Below, piece after piece: positions 29,121 to 39,789 of a stretch of 51,619 nt of DNA (its first letter is position 1; each line of letters opens with the position of its first letter). The stretch covers positions 1-51,619 of IMG/VR virus record IMGVR_UViG_3300035397_000123. One strand, written 5' to 3'. The DNA comes from a virus. Its lineage: Duplodnaviria; Caudoviricetes. A model generated the notes under the pieces. The model did no database searches and was not told the DNA's origin. It saw only the letters and a program-made list of their open reading frames with translations. The position numbers and the translations under genes were made by a program.

Positions 29121-30706
29121 ACTCCATCCTCGATTATGTTTGAGGTTTGATTTCCTGATTCGATGATGACAAATTCGTTGTCACCGGTTTCAATAATGTC
29201 CCCGATTATCTCTGGTACTGGAAGGACGCTAAGTGATGCTCGTCCCGGAACTGACACACTACCCCACATTTTCAACCCATTCAAAGAGTCCCAATTCATA
29301 ATATTCTTAAAGAACATAGGGGCGAGTTTACTGTTTTGAATAGTCCCATCTGCGTAATTATCTGAATACTGAGAACCGTTGAACATTCTTACTGCCGGTT
29401 CTCCGGTAAATATCATTTCTGAACCGTTTCCAAGTTTAGCACAACTGCCCTCCGCAACCACCCCTATATTATCAGAAAGAAGTCTTGGATCGCCGTAAGT
29501 TGCAATAAACTCTCCTACCCGAGGTTCACCTGAGTTGATGACTACCGTTGTATCCAAATAGTAAGTGAAGTTCTTTCCGAAGACACAAACAGATTCCTGA
29601 TAAGGGGCAAGTCGTGTTATTGATCCTACCGGTTTTTGGTTGTACTGAAATGCGGGATGGTAGTATCCTGCCCTGAAGATATTCGCAAGTTGTGAATAGT
29701 AGTATTCGCTGTCACGGTATCTTGCTACAAAGTATGCCCCTCCCGATACTGCCCCAAGTTTTCCACTTGGCAGTTCCTTGAAAAATCTCGTTTGCAGGAA
29801 GTAAAGTGGTTCGCCCGATTCTTTTCGTGCTCGGATTATTTCATCTGAGGCATCGTCAGATACGGTACGGCCAGACCCTGTTATTGCTGCAAAAGGAGCA
29901 CCACTTGTAGCGGTTATTCCATTAAGGTCGCACACTCCAAAAATGGTATTACCACCTACAACTTCAATGTATCTTACAATCCCTATTTTGCCATCAGGGA
30001 AAACAAGTTGTTTGCCAATAATACTTTCATCAGAATATACCCCGCTCTTCACATAAAGAGAAACATCGGAGCCTGTTGGCTTTGATAAACTTATAAATTG
30101 AAGGTAATCCCCACCAATAACACCCCACACATTAGATTTAGAGGTGCTTACTACCGCTCCGTTTTCATCAGTAACAAATCCCTCTGAAGTGCTGATTACC
30201 TTTTGGATAATGAAAAGATCACCATCAATATTTATTATTGACCCAATATCGCTTGCCTGAAGAGGTGATTGGTCTGCATCTACGGTAAGAACCCCAGGTG
30301 TAGCACCAAGTCGAGTAACAAACACAGGTCGTGCAATCGGAACATCCTTCACCCAAATGTAGGTCTCGGTAGCATTCGCAAGGTCGGTAAGAGGGTCGTC
30401 GAGGTCTTCTGTTCTATAAAGAGAGAAGTGAGTCCAATGGTGGCCTGTGATTCTTGCAGAGAGGTCTTTGGGGACGGCCAGTGTTATCTGACAAGTAGTC
30501 GTATGTATTAATGTTTCTCCATCATATCTTTCTTCTCCTATCGGAGCCAACGGATACTGTTCTGCATAGTCTATTTCATCTCCCGATACAAACACCGGAG
30601 ACGATTCTTGCAGGAGAATTTGACCCTTGGAAGCTTCCGTTCTTTGGTCGGTGTTTTTACCACCAACCAACCGGCTCATTGTGTATATGTATCGGTATCT
30701 TGGCAT
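29117..30706 (-). CDS. tail stabilisation/tubular-B-like protein (middle-part-like)
   Basis: YRYIYT, FSLYRT and propeller-like repeats (YYYSQL, SVCVFGKN, IGVVAEGS). Confidence 0.55.
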   Translation of the reverse strand: MPRYRYIYTMSRLVGGKNTDQRTEASKGQILLQESSPVFVSGDEIDYAEQYPLAPIGEERYDGETLIHTTTCQITLAVPKDLSARITGHHWTHFSLYRTEDLDDPLTDLANATETYIWVKDVPIARPVFVTRLGATPGVLTVDADQSPLQASDIGSIINIDGDLFIIQKVISTSEGFVTDENGAVVSTSKSNVWGVIGGDYLQFISLSKPTGSDVSLYVKSGVYSDESIIGKQLVFPDGKIGIVRYIEVVGGNTIFGVCDLNGITATSGAPFAAITGSGRTVSDDASDEIIRARKESGEPLYFLQTRFFKELPSGKLGAVSGGAYFVARYRDSEYYYSQLANIFRAGYYHPAFQYNQKPVGSITRLAPYQESVCVFGKNFTYYLDTTVVINSGEPRVGEFIATYGDPRLLSDNIGVVAEGSCAKLGNGSEMIFTGEPAVRMFNGSQYSDNYADGTIQNSKLAPMFFKNIMNWDSLNGLKMWGSVSVPGRASLSVLPVPEIIGDIIETGDNEFVIIESGNQTSNIIEDGV

Positions 30707-32335
30707 TTAATCTTTCCTTGAATCGTAGTGGCCTTTGGGGGTAAATGCTATGTAATTTTCAAGAGCACCGCTTGATATCTGCATGGTGATTTCAGTGGCA
30801 TTAGTGCTAATACTAAGAACTGTTCCACCAAGCTGCTCTGCTACCCCTGTGACAAATGGATAGTTGTCAGCACCAGACCAAAATGTAGCCCTAAATATAC
30901 CAGATGCAGCTGCAATATCCAAGGATGACAAGTCAACACTATACTTTAATTTGGTTCCCGCTACAGGTATTTTATTTTCTATCGAGTAAGTAGTTCCACT
31001 CGCAAGTGTTGAAGAATAAACACTATTAAAATATGAGAAAAACAGCTCACTATCTGTAATTGCAGTTGTTCTTACGGCGTTGTTTTTCATTGTGTTGTAA
31101 GAAACATAATCACCACTTGCAGTCATTATAAGAAGGCCGTATGCCGCTACCGGTTCGTCAGAAGGGTTTGTGTTTACCACAAGTGTTGATATTAACCTTC
31201 TTACATAAACCGTGGCACCAACATCAACACCCATAACAGACCTATATGTTTGAGCAGCATTTACTCCTGAATCGTTGTGGTCTGCGATGTATTTCAAGGC
31301 AATTCCCTCAGACTTTACGGCAAATACGCTTATAGTAGGGTGGTTACTTACCACAGGAATGCCAGACACGCAGCCACCATCGAGTGAAGACGAGTCAAAC
31401 AGTGTATACCCAGATGGTGTCATAAGCTCAACATTAGATAGTGCCGTCATCGCTGTTATGCAATTACTAAAATTATAATCACCAAGAGACGAGTCACGCA
31501 ATGTTATAAGACCTGGGTTTACAATAACAGTGTAACTGGTGCCTGAGTCGAATGATATGCGGGCATCAACAATTTGTGGTGATGAATTTGATTGTATCGT
31601 TTGAGACATTTTTCTATTGATAATATTGTTAATATTTTCTTTTTGGCCATCGGTTAAATCATCCCAACCGTCTGCTGTTATTTCAGAAAACGAGTCAGAA
31701 ACAGTAGTTCCAAAATCTGTAACTTTTTTATTTAGAATATTATTTAAAACACCCCTGGCATCACTTGTGAATATTAGCGGATCATCCCATGCCGTTGATG
31801 TTATTTCAGAGAAATCAGGATTGACAGCTGCCCCAAAAGCACTTACATGCTTATTAATTCTGTTGCTAAAACTCTCTTTTTGGTCGTTTGTAAGGTCATC
31901 GGCCCATTGGTCTGCGCCAAAGTAGGTAAAAGTAATAGGCGTTGTCACCCCAAAGGCGGTGATTTTCCTGTCAATAATGCTTTTAGGGTCATTTTGGTCG
32001 GCTTCTGACCATTGAGTTGTATTAAGTGCAGCAAAATTTGAAGACATTGCCACCCCGAACAAAGTCATTTTTCTATTAATAATGTCATTGTATATCGGCC
32101 TCGGGTCTTCAAGTGCAGCGTATTCAGACTCTGAGATATGTGCGAAGTCAGGGAGAAGCCCGGGGACACCCTTGAGCGCCTCACCCATATCGGTAAGTTG
32201 CCGGCCAATGTAGTTGATATCATCGTGCTCGGGAAGGTCTCCTGCTACATAACCAGCGGTTTGAAGTGTCTCAGGTATTGTCGGCGCAGGCGTAAGCGTT
32301 GACGCAAATAATGGAAGTTCGGTAGGGTAAGCCAT
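30707..32335 (-). CDS. tail fibre/spike with internal ~38-aa repeats
   Basis: N-terminal AGYVAGDLP...INY tail-attachment-like motif; five repeats of W.D...NNIINRK.T.FG. Confidence 0.65.
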   Translation of the reverse strand: MAYPTELPLFASTLTPAPTIPETLQTAGYVAGDLPEHDDINYIGRQLTDMGEALKGVPGLLPDFAHISESEYAALEDPRPIYNDIINRKMTLFGVAMSSNFAALNTTQWSEADQNDPKSIIDRKITAFGVTTPITFTYFGADQWADDLTNDQKESFSNRINKHVSAFGAAVNPDFSEITSTAWDDPLIFTSDARGVLNNILNKKVTDFGTTVSDSFSEITADGWDDLTDGQKENINNIINRKMSQTIQSNSSPQIVDARISFDSGTSYTVIVNPGLITLRDSSLGDYNFSNCITAMTALSNVELMTPSGYTLFDSSSLDGGCVSGIPVVSNHPTISVFAVKSEGIALKYIADHNDSGVNAAQTYRSVMGVDVGATVYVRRLISTLVVNTNPSDEPVAAYGLLIMTASGDYVSYNTMKNNAVRTTAITDSELFFSYFNSVYSSTLASGTTYSIENKIPVAGTKLKYSVDLSSLDIAAASGIFRATFWSGADNYPFVTGVAEQLGGTVLSISTNATEITMQISSGALENYIAFTPKGHYDSRKD

Positions 32336-32347
32336 TTTTATTTCTCC

Positions 32348-33604
32348 TTAAAGTATTTGTCCACCGGTGTAGTATGTCTCACCGGCTCTATTTCCTGTAG
32401 AGGGATCATCATTATACGACCCCTCGTTATATCCCTCAAATCCGACAACCTGGTATCTACCGCTTATGACATCGGGGTTAGTGCTTGAACCACGGAATCC
32501 CCACACCTTAACCGGGACGGCCACGGCAGGTTTATCCGGTGCTTGTTCGTTTATCTTCCAATAGTGAACATTATCTTCTGAGAACCTAATTCGGTAATGC
32601 CCGTTTATATTGGTCAGTAAAAGATCGTTTTTAATTTCATGGAATAGTGATTCTCCTGCGAAGGGTCTTTTGTGAAAAGTTTCACCGGTTTCCAGTTCGT
32701 AGGTATCGAATATCCCGTCTATTTCTCTCCATCCATCAAGGGGTGAATTTGAATTATAAAGTCTATCACCAGCAAGGATTACAACTTTTTTCGATGCTTG
32801 AAGGAAGTGAGAAGTGTGGATAATAGGTTGCATAAAAGAGCCCTTGAAGGTTCTTGTTTGGTCGGCTACTTCTTGAACCGTAATAAACTGCTCGCCTTCC
32901 CCACCATCCACCACCCCGTAATCAAGGATATAGAGCCTGATCGAAGAAAACTCTTCAGACAAAACATCGTCCTCAAAAGAATATCCGAGTTTCAGGTACG
33001 ACCCTAAAACCTCAGAATTAAGTGGTGGCCAGTTGTAGAGGTAGACTTTGTTGCTGAAGACCCCGTCTCCATCAGGAGGGCCCCATACTTCAAAAGGGTC
33101 TCCTATAACACCCTGATACTCAGGAATGTGAGGAACCATAAGATTCCCCATGTAAATAGGCAGAGGGATAAGAGTAGGCTCAGGTTGCCCGTCAGAAACT
33201 TCAACAATTTTAAAAATGTCATACGCAGTAATCGTCCCGCTTCCATAAACAATATCTTTCGCTGTTTGAAACTGATTATCGCTTGCATCGGCGTGAGAGT
33301 AAATCATGAATAATTTCTGATTCCAATTCTCAAACCAATCATATTCTGATGTTTCAAGGATTGACTGAAGTGTTCCAACCATTTCATCAGGGAAGATTGC
33401 GTAGTCTACACCACTATGAAGATACGACCCTCTCCGCCCCCGAACTTCGGTTTTAAAATCTCTCGCATTGTAAAGTTCTCCGAATCCACCATTAGGAACC
33501 CTTGCCATATCAGCAATAAGCCCAAGTCCCGACCCTGAGTACATTCTTTCAACTGCGGTTTGATTTTGCTGCCTTGATTGGGGTCGAATCCTTCTGCGGT
33601 TCAT
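32348..33604 (-). CDS. tail stabilisation/tubular-B-like protein (N-terminal-part-like)
   Basis: GLGLIAD...LYNA...VRGRRGS N-terminus; follows the adaptor gene. Confidence 0.55.
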   Translation of the reverse strand: MNRRRIRPQSRQQNQTAVERMYSGSGLGLIADMARVPNGGFGELYNARDFKTEVRGRRGSYLHSGVDYAIFPDEMVGTLQSILETSEYDWFENWNQKLFMIYSHADASDNQFQTAKDIVYGSGTITAYDIFKIVEVSDGQPEPTLIPLPIYMGNLMVPHIPEYQGVIGDPFEVWGPPDGDGVFSNKVYLYNWPPLNSEVLGSYLKLGYSFEDDVLSEEFSSIRLYILDYGVVDGGEGEQFITVQEVADQTRTFKGSFMQPIIHTSHFLQASKKVVILAGDRLYNSNSPLDGWREIDGIFDTYELETGETFHKRPFAGESLFHEIKNDLLLTNINGHYRIRFSEDNVHYWKINEQAPDKPAVAVPVKVWGFRGSSTNPDVISGRYQVVGFEGYNEGSYNDDPSTGNRAGETYYTGGQIL

Positions 33605-34296
33605 ACAAGCCTTGTCGGAAATTGGTTAGACATAAGACTGCCTTGATCTAAATTTCCGTAGGCTTTGAATTTTTTCATGTGGACTTGTTCAAACTTCATT
33701 TGTCGCTCACTTTTCCCGTAAGCCGACTGTTCATAAAGGCCGACCGACCCGTCAATAATTGCATCGAGCCACTTATCGGTATCAATCAACAGCGAAGCAC
33801 TCTCGTTATCCATCGGGTTTTGTGGTGTCCAGTAGCATTCCACAAAAATATCGGAGTTAAATTCACCGAAAACAGATACTTGACCGGGATTATTACCTCT
33901 TTGAGAGACAATCTGTGCAGGAATCTCATAAAAGACTCTTTCATTGAGCCAATTCTGCATATAAGAAGGGTAATCCATCGGGGAATACGGTTGATACCCC
34001 GGATAATACTTGTCGGTAAAAAGCCTTCTTGCTTTTCTTATGGTAACAGGCTCACCATCCACTAAAAGAGTGGTTGCAAGCGTTGTATTATTAAGAAGGT
34101 ATCGGGATTGGCCTTCCACAACCTGAAGAACCGGTATTGGTTCCTCAGGATTATCAACGAAATAGACCATTTGAGAACAATCTTGATTTACAAGATTCAA
34201 GTAAGACCGGGATACATACTCAAGTACCCGGTCTCGGGAGACTTCCGGCATATCCTGGTGAACTATGTCAACAATTTGCCCTGTACTCCAACTCAT
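33601..34296 (-). CDS. head-tail adaptor / tail tubular protein A-like
   Basis: Size and position after MCP; VVEGQSRYLL and DAIIDG motifs of podoviral adaptors. Confidence 0.65.
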   Translation of the reverse strand: MSWSTGQIVDIVHQDMPEVSRDRVLEYVSRSYLNLVNQDCSQMVYFVDNPEEPIPVLQVVEGQSRYLLNNTTLATTLLVDGEPVTIRKARRLFTDKYYPGYQPYSPMDYPSYMQNWLNERVFYEIPAQIVSQRGNNPGQVSVFGEFNSDIFVECYWTPQNPMDNESASLLIDTDKWLDAIIDGSVGLYEQSAYGKSERQMKFEQVHMKKFKAYGNLDQGSLMSNQFPTRLV

Positions 34297-35035
34297 CTAT
34301 TCCCTCGTCTTTCAGTTTTTCGATACATCGCTTGTCGATTTCATCAACAATCTTTTTGTACTGCCCCTGAGACTGCCATCCCTCGCCTGATTTCTTGAGT
34401 TCTTCAATCAAACTTGCCTTCTCAGAAAATACTTCATTCTCAACCGATTTGCGAATGAAATTTATAAGTTTTGAATTATCCGAAACCGCTGCTGTAAGCA
34501 TGGTTCCACGATTCATCAATCGCTCATTGTCCTTCTTCGCTTTTTCAAGAGCCTTTTTAAGTGACTCGTTCTCAGAAAGAGCTTTCGCAGCTTCAACTTC
34601 CTTCGTCTTTTTCACTTCAACAGTCTTCTGAATCTTCTCTGCCATTGCCCTAACTTCAGCGTCAATAACAGGGTCTTTAATTCTCGGAGCATGAATTGTT
34701 CCGTACATTCCTGCAAGTTTTTTCCGGTTGTACTTTGTGTCCGGGATTACTGCAAGATTCTCATTTGTTCTGTCGTCCTTTTCAAACCAAAGATTCTTTG
34801 GAGTAAAAGTGTCTTCTCCGCTTTTATTAACAAACGGCACGAACTTATAAAGGCTCACTCCGCCCCGGTCAGAAACTTGCATTGTTCCACCTTGGAACCC
34901 TCGCATTGAAACCTGATCGTTCACAAACGCTCTCGGGTGAAGAAGCTTTATCACCTTAATACCCGCAAGTTCTGCTACTGCTTCAAAGTCAATTTTCTTA
35001 TTTCCACCGGTAATGTAGACAAGATTCGAGTTCAT
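34268..35035 (-). CDS. hypothetical protein with coiled coil
   Basis: GGGAG RBS; downstream of MCP. Confidence 0.7.
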   Translation of the reverse strand: MNSNLVYITGGNKKIDFEAVAELAGIKVIKLLHPRAFVNDQVSMRGFQGGTMQVSDRGGVSLYKFVPFVNKSGEDTFTPKNLWFEKDDRTNENLAVIPDTKYNRKKLAGMYGTIHAPRIKDPVIDAEVRAMAEKIQKTVEVKKTKEVEAAKALSENESLKKALEKAKKDNERLMNRGTMLTAAVSDNSKLINFIRKSVENEVFSEKASLIEELKKSGEGWQSQGQYKKIVDEIDKRCIEKLKDEGIDELEYRANC

Positions 35036-35070
35036 AATAACACTCCCTTTAAAAAATTTGTTTAGGGTTT

Positions 35071-35098
35071 AAAGAGGAGGGCCATACGACCCCCCTCC
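35071..35098 (-). terminator. terminator after major capsid gene
   Basis: GC-rich hairpin GAGGGGGGTC-GTAT-GGCCCTCCTC followed by TTT. Confidence 0.6.
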
Positions 35099-35116
35099 GC
35101 AATTACCACTTACCTA

Positions 35117-36400
35117 TCAAGTAGTGGTGTCAAAAATGTTCGCAGCGGTCAGGACAAGCATCGAGCCTTCCTGTACAACACCGTCAGGATCAGTTGCATT
35201 TGCATCAGTCTGCCAACAAGGGATCATGTACCCACTGGCACCAAGAAGTCCCACATTGTCATATTTCTTGTACATCTCGTCCTGATCCTCATAGTGAGCA
35301 GGTTCAGGGTGAAACTTAACAAGAGCATTCTGACCAACAACGATTGCAACATTGTAAATCTTCGCACCGGTGATGTTTTTACGATCATCGACATTACCCT
35401 GTTTAAGGAACTTGAAGTCACCGGCAGTTGCAGATGTAACAGCAAAGCGAGCAGCTCTCCAGTCACGAACAACAACAAGCGTCTGAGCAACAACAAACTC
35501 TGCACCGGGGATTACTTTATCAAGGTCGCCAGCACCAAGAGCAGCAGCAGCCACCCAGTTTGCACCGAAAGAACCGGTAACAGCAGGGTCAATCAGGTAA
35601 GTGAAATCCTCGGGATGGACATACATAACATAGAGCTTGTACGAACCCCATTCAACCGGAGAAATATTTGAATCGGCGCATTTATCAGCAATCCGCATGA
35701 GCTTGGAAACAGTAAGTTTCCCCTCGGTGGTATTTGCATAAGTAGCTGCACAGATTGCCTCTTCGTATTCGTCGTAATCGGCATAAGTGCCGTCACCTGC
35801 TGAATAAAAAGCATCGGTCGTAGAACCGATCAGGCAGATATTGTTGTTGAAGTGAGAAGTAACAGCAAGCTCTGACTGCTGTTCAAGGTTCACGGATATA
35901 CTCTTGGTGTAAGCGTAGTGCATGAAATAGTCGTCAAGTTCGCCGTACCACTGAGCAAGAAGCGGTTTAACCTTCTCGTAAATCTCAGTTTCTTTCTGAT
36001 CCCGGTAATTGAAACCGTACTTCTGTCCACGGACAGCGTGTCCCCAGTCAGCAGCAAAAGCTTTGAAATACTTCATGCCGATCTCTTCTTCGTTTCCGAG
36101 AATAGAATCAACATTGGAACCGAAATAACCAGAACCCTTGAGGGCAGAGATTCTTTCAAGCACAACAGTTCTTGCGAACTTGTCCATGCCCGAAGGGGTT
36201 ACATCCTGGATAATTTTACCCGGGACGGTTTTGGTGGATTTACCGGGATCAATGGCACCGGTAAGAGTAGGGATGTTTGCCATAACACTCTGTTTAAGAG
36301 CTTCAAATACAATGTCCTTCGACCATGCGGTACGAATAAGAGCATCCAGGTTCTTGGTATCAAGACTGGTCATTTTTGCGATTGCAGTTACAGTCGCCAT
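35117..36400 (-). CDS. major capsid protein (N4-gp56/DUF4043-like)
   Basis: 427 aa after the scaffold; ILGNEE, LAQWY..LDD, YVMYVHP motifs; followed by a terminator. Confidence 0.85.
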   Translation of the reverse strand: MATVTAIAKMTSLDTKNLDALIRTAWSKDIVFEALKQSVMANIPTLTGAIDPGKSTKTVPGKIIQDVTPSGMDKFARTVVLERISALKGSGYFGSNVDSILGNEEEIGMKYFKAFAADWGHAVRGQKYGFNYRDQKETEIYEKVKPLLAQWYGELDDYFMHYAYTKSISVNLEQQSELAVTSHFNNNICLIGSTTDAFYSAGDGTYADYDEYEEAICAATYANTTEGKLTVSKLMRIADKCADSNISPVEWGSYKLYVMYVHPEDFTYLIDPAVTGSFGANWVAAAALGAGDLDKVIPGAEFVVAQTLVVVRDWRAARFAVTSATAGDFKFLKQGNVDDRKNITGAKIYNVAIVVGQNALVKFHPEPAHYEDQDEMYKKYDNVGLLGASGYMIPCWQTDANATDPDGVVQEGSMLVLTAANIFDTTT

Positions 36401-36407
36401 ATTTTCC

Positions 36408-37712
36408 TCACAGGCTTAAAAGTTGTTTTTTGATTTCCCGAAGTTCAGGGTTCATCTGCAATTCGTGGACTGAAGCAGAAAGTGCCGCTTTCGCTCGTTC
36501 GGGAGTAATCCCATCGAGAGAACTTGCAGGCTTTCCAATTCCATCCGGCAGAGTTACCGCTTCTTCGGATTGTTTCTGTCTCGCCACATTCATTACCGAC
36601 TCCGCACCTCTACGCCTCGCATCCGCTTCAAGATTGTTTATCGTTGAATCAAAAGCACCGGTTCTATCTTGTTTATAGAGCCATGCTTCATGGAGCGTTG
36701 CGTTCTTCCCAAGGATTCCGTCAGAAATGAGTTTATTCTTGTCACGCTCAAGAGCGGCAATTCTAAACACTTCATCGAAACCATCGGGAGGTGTTACACC
36801 GGTTGAAAGAAGCGACTGATCCCCCTTCATGTATTTATCCATCACCTGAATTTTGGTGGATTCAAAGCGATTGATTTCCTCAGAAGAAGAATTTGCAGGA
36901 GGGTTATACCCAGCTGCGATAGCAAGTGTCCGTCCCCAGTCATCGACCTTATGGTTGAGGTCTTTGATGTTAATAGACGCTTTACGAAATTCAGGATGGG
37001 TATTCCTGAATGAATCTATTTCTCCCCAATACTTCGATTCAACTTCCTGTTTTTTGGTATTTTCAGTAAGTTGGTCGATATACTGGAGTTTTGAATCATA
37101 TTTTGAAATCCGGTCTTCAATTTCCTGAAGACGGGGGTTGCTCGATTGAATGGTATCCACATAACCCGCAAGGTCTTCCCAATACTTATTCATAGCAACG
37201 GATTCTTCCGCTGTCCAATAAGAAGGATCGGGGTTTTCAAGTTTTGGTTTTACAGGCTTTGAGGTTGGAATAACGGTTTGAGTAGCAACAGGTTGTACCG
37301 GGACGGCAGGAGCCATCTTCGACCGTTCAACCTCTGCTTGAAGTTCTGCTATTTTTCTCTGTGCTTTTTCATATTCTGTTTCCACATATTTAATGTGTTC
37401 ATCGGCATGAGCCTTGGAGAGTTTCAATCCTTCAAGACTTTTCCGTCCCAAAAATCCATCTGGGTCTTCCTTTTCGACTTCCATTCCACGATATAGAACC
37501 TTAATCTTCTTCTCGACTTCTGCATGGGAGAGAGGTTGTTCTACTGTAGAACTTTCGGTAATTGCGAGTGGAACCCCTACGGGAGTAACAGACTCTTCTG
37601 GGACGGCCGGAGTTTCCATTGGATTATTCAGCGCATTAAGCGCAGCTTGTCTCTCGCTTGGATCATTACTCACAAGCATTTCTTCGATTGATTTTTCTGC
37701 ATTTTCAGACAT
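36408..37712 (-). CDS. capsid scaffolding protein
   Basis: Between portal and MCP; acidic/Pro-rich N-terminus and coiled coils. Confidence 0.7.
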   Translation of the reverse strand: MSENAEKSIEEMLVSNDPSERQAALNALNNPMETPAVPEESVTPVGVPLAITESSTVEQPLSHAEVEKKIKVLYRGMEVEKEDPDGFLGRKSLEGLKLSKAHADEHIKYVETEYEKAQRKIAELQAEVERSKMAPAVPVQPVATQTVIPTSKPVKPKLENPDPSYWTAEESVAMNKYWEDLAGYVDTIQSSNPRLQEIEDRISKYDSKLQYIDQLTENTKKQEVESKYWGEIDSFRNTHPEFRKASINIKDLNHKVDDWGRTLAIAAGYNPPANSSSEEINRFESTKIQVMDKYMKGDQSLLSTGVTPPDGFDEVFRIAALERDKNKLISDGILGKNATLHEAWLYKQDRTGAFDSTINNLEADARRRGAESVMNVARQKQSEEAVTLPDGIGKPASSLDGITPERAKAALSASVHELQMNPELREIKKQLLSL

Positions 37713-37725
37713 GGTTAGTCCCTTT

Positions 37726-39789
37726 CTATGCTTTTAATAATTCGGCCCTCGGGTCATTTACCCGTGGGTCATTGGATTGAACAGGAGCACCACCACCCTG
37801 AGGTTGTGGCATCGAAGGCATTCCCGGAACACCGGGTTGAGGCATTGGTTGAGGATTTAACTGTTGATCGAGAGCCATGTTTTGTACCATAAGGCTCTTC
37901 TTGGAAATCTCAACTACGAGTTTTGACATCTCAAGAACATCTCGCTCTTGTTCAGGAGTGAGGCCGTCCATGTTCAGGGCTAAATCAGCCTCAGCAATTG
38001 CTCTGAAACCTGCATTGGTCGGGGAAGGCATCATCGCTTGAAGGTAAGCAATATCAACTTCTCTCTTGGCTTGTTTCATGTAATCGTTGTCTTTGGACTG
38101 ACTGATAATAACATCGACATTAGTAAGAACCGAAAGATCGTTATTCACAATGTCATTACCATTTTCATCAATACCGACAAATTCATTCAGGACAATTTTA
38201 TTTTTTCCCTGAAAAAACTCACGATTGTAATTGTACTCTTTCTCTTGACGGTTTTTCCCGGCATAAAGATTAATGGCAAGTGACAGCCATGCGGTATACT
38301 TTTCGTTCTGATATTGCTCAAGGGTAGTTGATGGAACCTTCTGCATGATGTTACCTTCGATGACCTGCCGGCCAAACAGAACACCTGACCCTCCCGATTT
38401 AGAAACTCCCTGCATAGCAAGTGGAAGTCTGAGTATTCGATCCATCATGGACATTTTCTGGTTTTCGTCCATCATAATCGCAGGATTCAGCTGAGAACCT
38501 GATTCGTTCCAGATCAAGCGAAGATTGGGAGGGGCATCCTGATCGAAGAAAGCAGGTATTGAGGGATCGGTAAAATCTCTTATGAATTCCTGTTTCTTTT
38601 GGTCATTATCCCCAAACGCCATCGGGTGAGCGTAAGTCTTTCCACCAATCGGAGTCTTGGTAAACATCTTTGACTTATGCTGCTCACGGAGATTAATGTC
38701 ATTCTGAAGATTCTTTCCAAGGTCTACAAGCGAAGTCCATTTTCCATTCTTGGTAATGTATGACCAAGTAAAAAATGGGAGTTTGGCCTTCCCGTCTCTG
38801 TCGATTATCTGCCGTTCATCTTTTCGATTCTCAAAAGTAATCCCAAGGTCGGGGCAGAAAGTTGTTACCCAAAGAGCTTCCGATGGGACTTTAATTTCCT
38901 GTATAGCGTTAGGATCGAGAAGAAATCCCTGAGCCTTGGCCCAGTTGTCTTTGAAATTCCAATCATCTTCAGAACCAAACTCATGAGGAGAATCTGGAAG
39001 GCGTACCATATTACGGCTATCGAAAGCGATATGCCGGTATTCTTTTTCGATGTGGTAGTGTTCCACGACCTCATATTGCCCTCCCCAGTATTTTTCTATT
39101 GGAAATTCAGTACCCCTTGATTCGTATTCAGGCCGGTCTTTTGCCAATGCTCGCAGCCTCATTCTTACATCATCGGTGCAATCCTCAAAATAATCCACCA
39201 TCTGACGGGGAGTGAGATAAAATCTCTTCCACGCATCACGGGAACCACCGGCAATGTTATCAGTGAGGTTGTTTGGGTCGAAGATAACAGATATGGACGG
39301 GAGGGACTTGAATGCAATCCTTCCCCGAGGTTCATTTATCGTCCGAATAATCTTAACTTCTTCACAACCTATTGCAATACACCCATTAACAACCGCAGAA
39401 AGGTGGTTTGCACTGTAATCGAAGTGCTCTTTATCTGAGTAAAACGATCCCTTGAGGGCATATAGCGCATCTTGAACCTGCTTATTGTCATCGCCACGGT
39501 CAACAAACTCAGGGTCAACTTTGTTTAGAACAAAGTTTCCTGCATTTCCCTCGACATACATCTGAAGGAAATTATAGTAATTCGGGGTACGGCCCTCTGA
39601 GCGAAGAACCTCAGCACTTGTAGAATCCCATGTTTCCCAATCATCAGTAGGAGCGTAAAGGATGTAATTTCTCTGAGCACGAATGCGGTCTTTTCTATTG
39701 GCAGTATCGGCAGATTGGAAAAGCGAAACTTCGAGTGCGACATCTTCCGGAGCAAGTAACTTCTTTTTCTTTGTGACTTGGAATATCAT
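37726..39789 (-). CDS. portal protein (P22-like)
   Basis: 687 aa; LRSEGRTP..YN, VIFDPN, KNLQNDIN motifs; Q/P-rich C-terminal tail. Confidence 0.85.
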   Translation of the reverse strand: MIFQVTKKKKLLAPEDVALEVSLFQSADTANRKDRIRAQRNYILYAPTDDWETWDSTSAEVLRSEGRTPNYYNFLQMYVEGNAGNFVLNKVDPEFVDRGDDNKQVQDALYALKGSFYSDKEHFDYSANHLSAVVNGCIAIGCEEVKIIRTINEPRGRIAFKSLPSISVIFDPNNLTDNIAGGSRDAWKRFYLTPRQMVDYFEDCTDDVRMRLRALAKDRPEYESRGTEFPIEKYWGGQYEVVEHYHIEKEYRHIAFDSRNMVRLPDSPHEFGSEDDWNFKDNWAKAQGFLLDPNAIQEIKVPSEALWVTTFCPDLGITFENRKDERQIIDRDGKAKLPFFTWSYITKNGKWTSLVDLGKNLQNDINLREQHKSKMFTKTPIGGKTYAHPMAFGDNDQKKQEFIRDFTDPSIPAFFDQDAPPNLRLIWNESGSQLNPAIMMDENQKMSMMDRILRLPLAMQGVSKSGGSGVLFGRQVIEGNIMQKVPSTTLEQYQNEKYTAWLSLAINLYAGKNRQEKEYNYNREFFQGKNKIVLNEFVGIDENGNDIVNNDLSVLTNVDVIISQSKDNDYMKQAKREVDIAYLQAMMPSPTNAGFRAIAEADLALNMDGLTPEQERDVLEMSKLVVEISKKSLMVQNMALDQQLNPQPMPQPGVPGMPSMPQPQGGGAPVQSNDPRVNDPRAELLKA

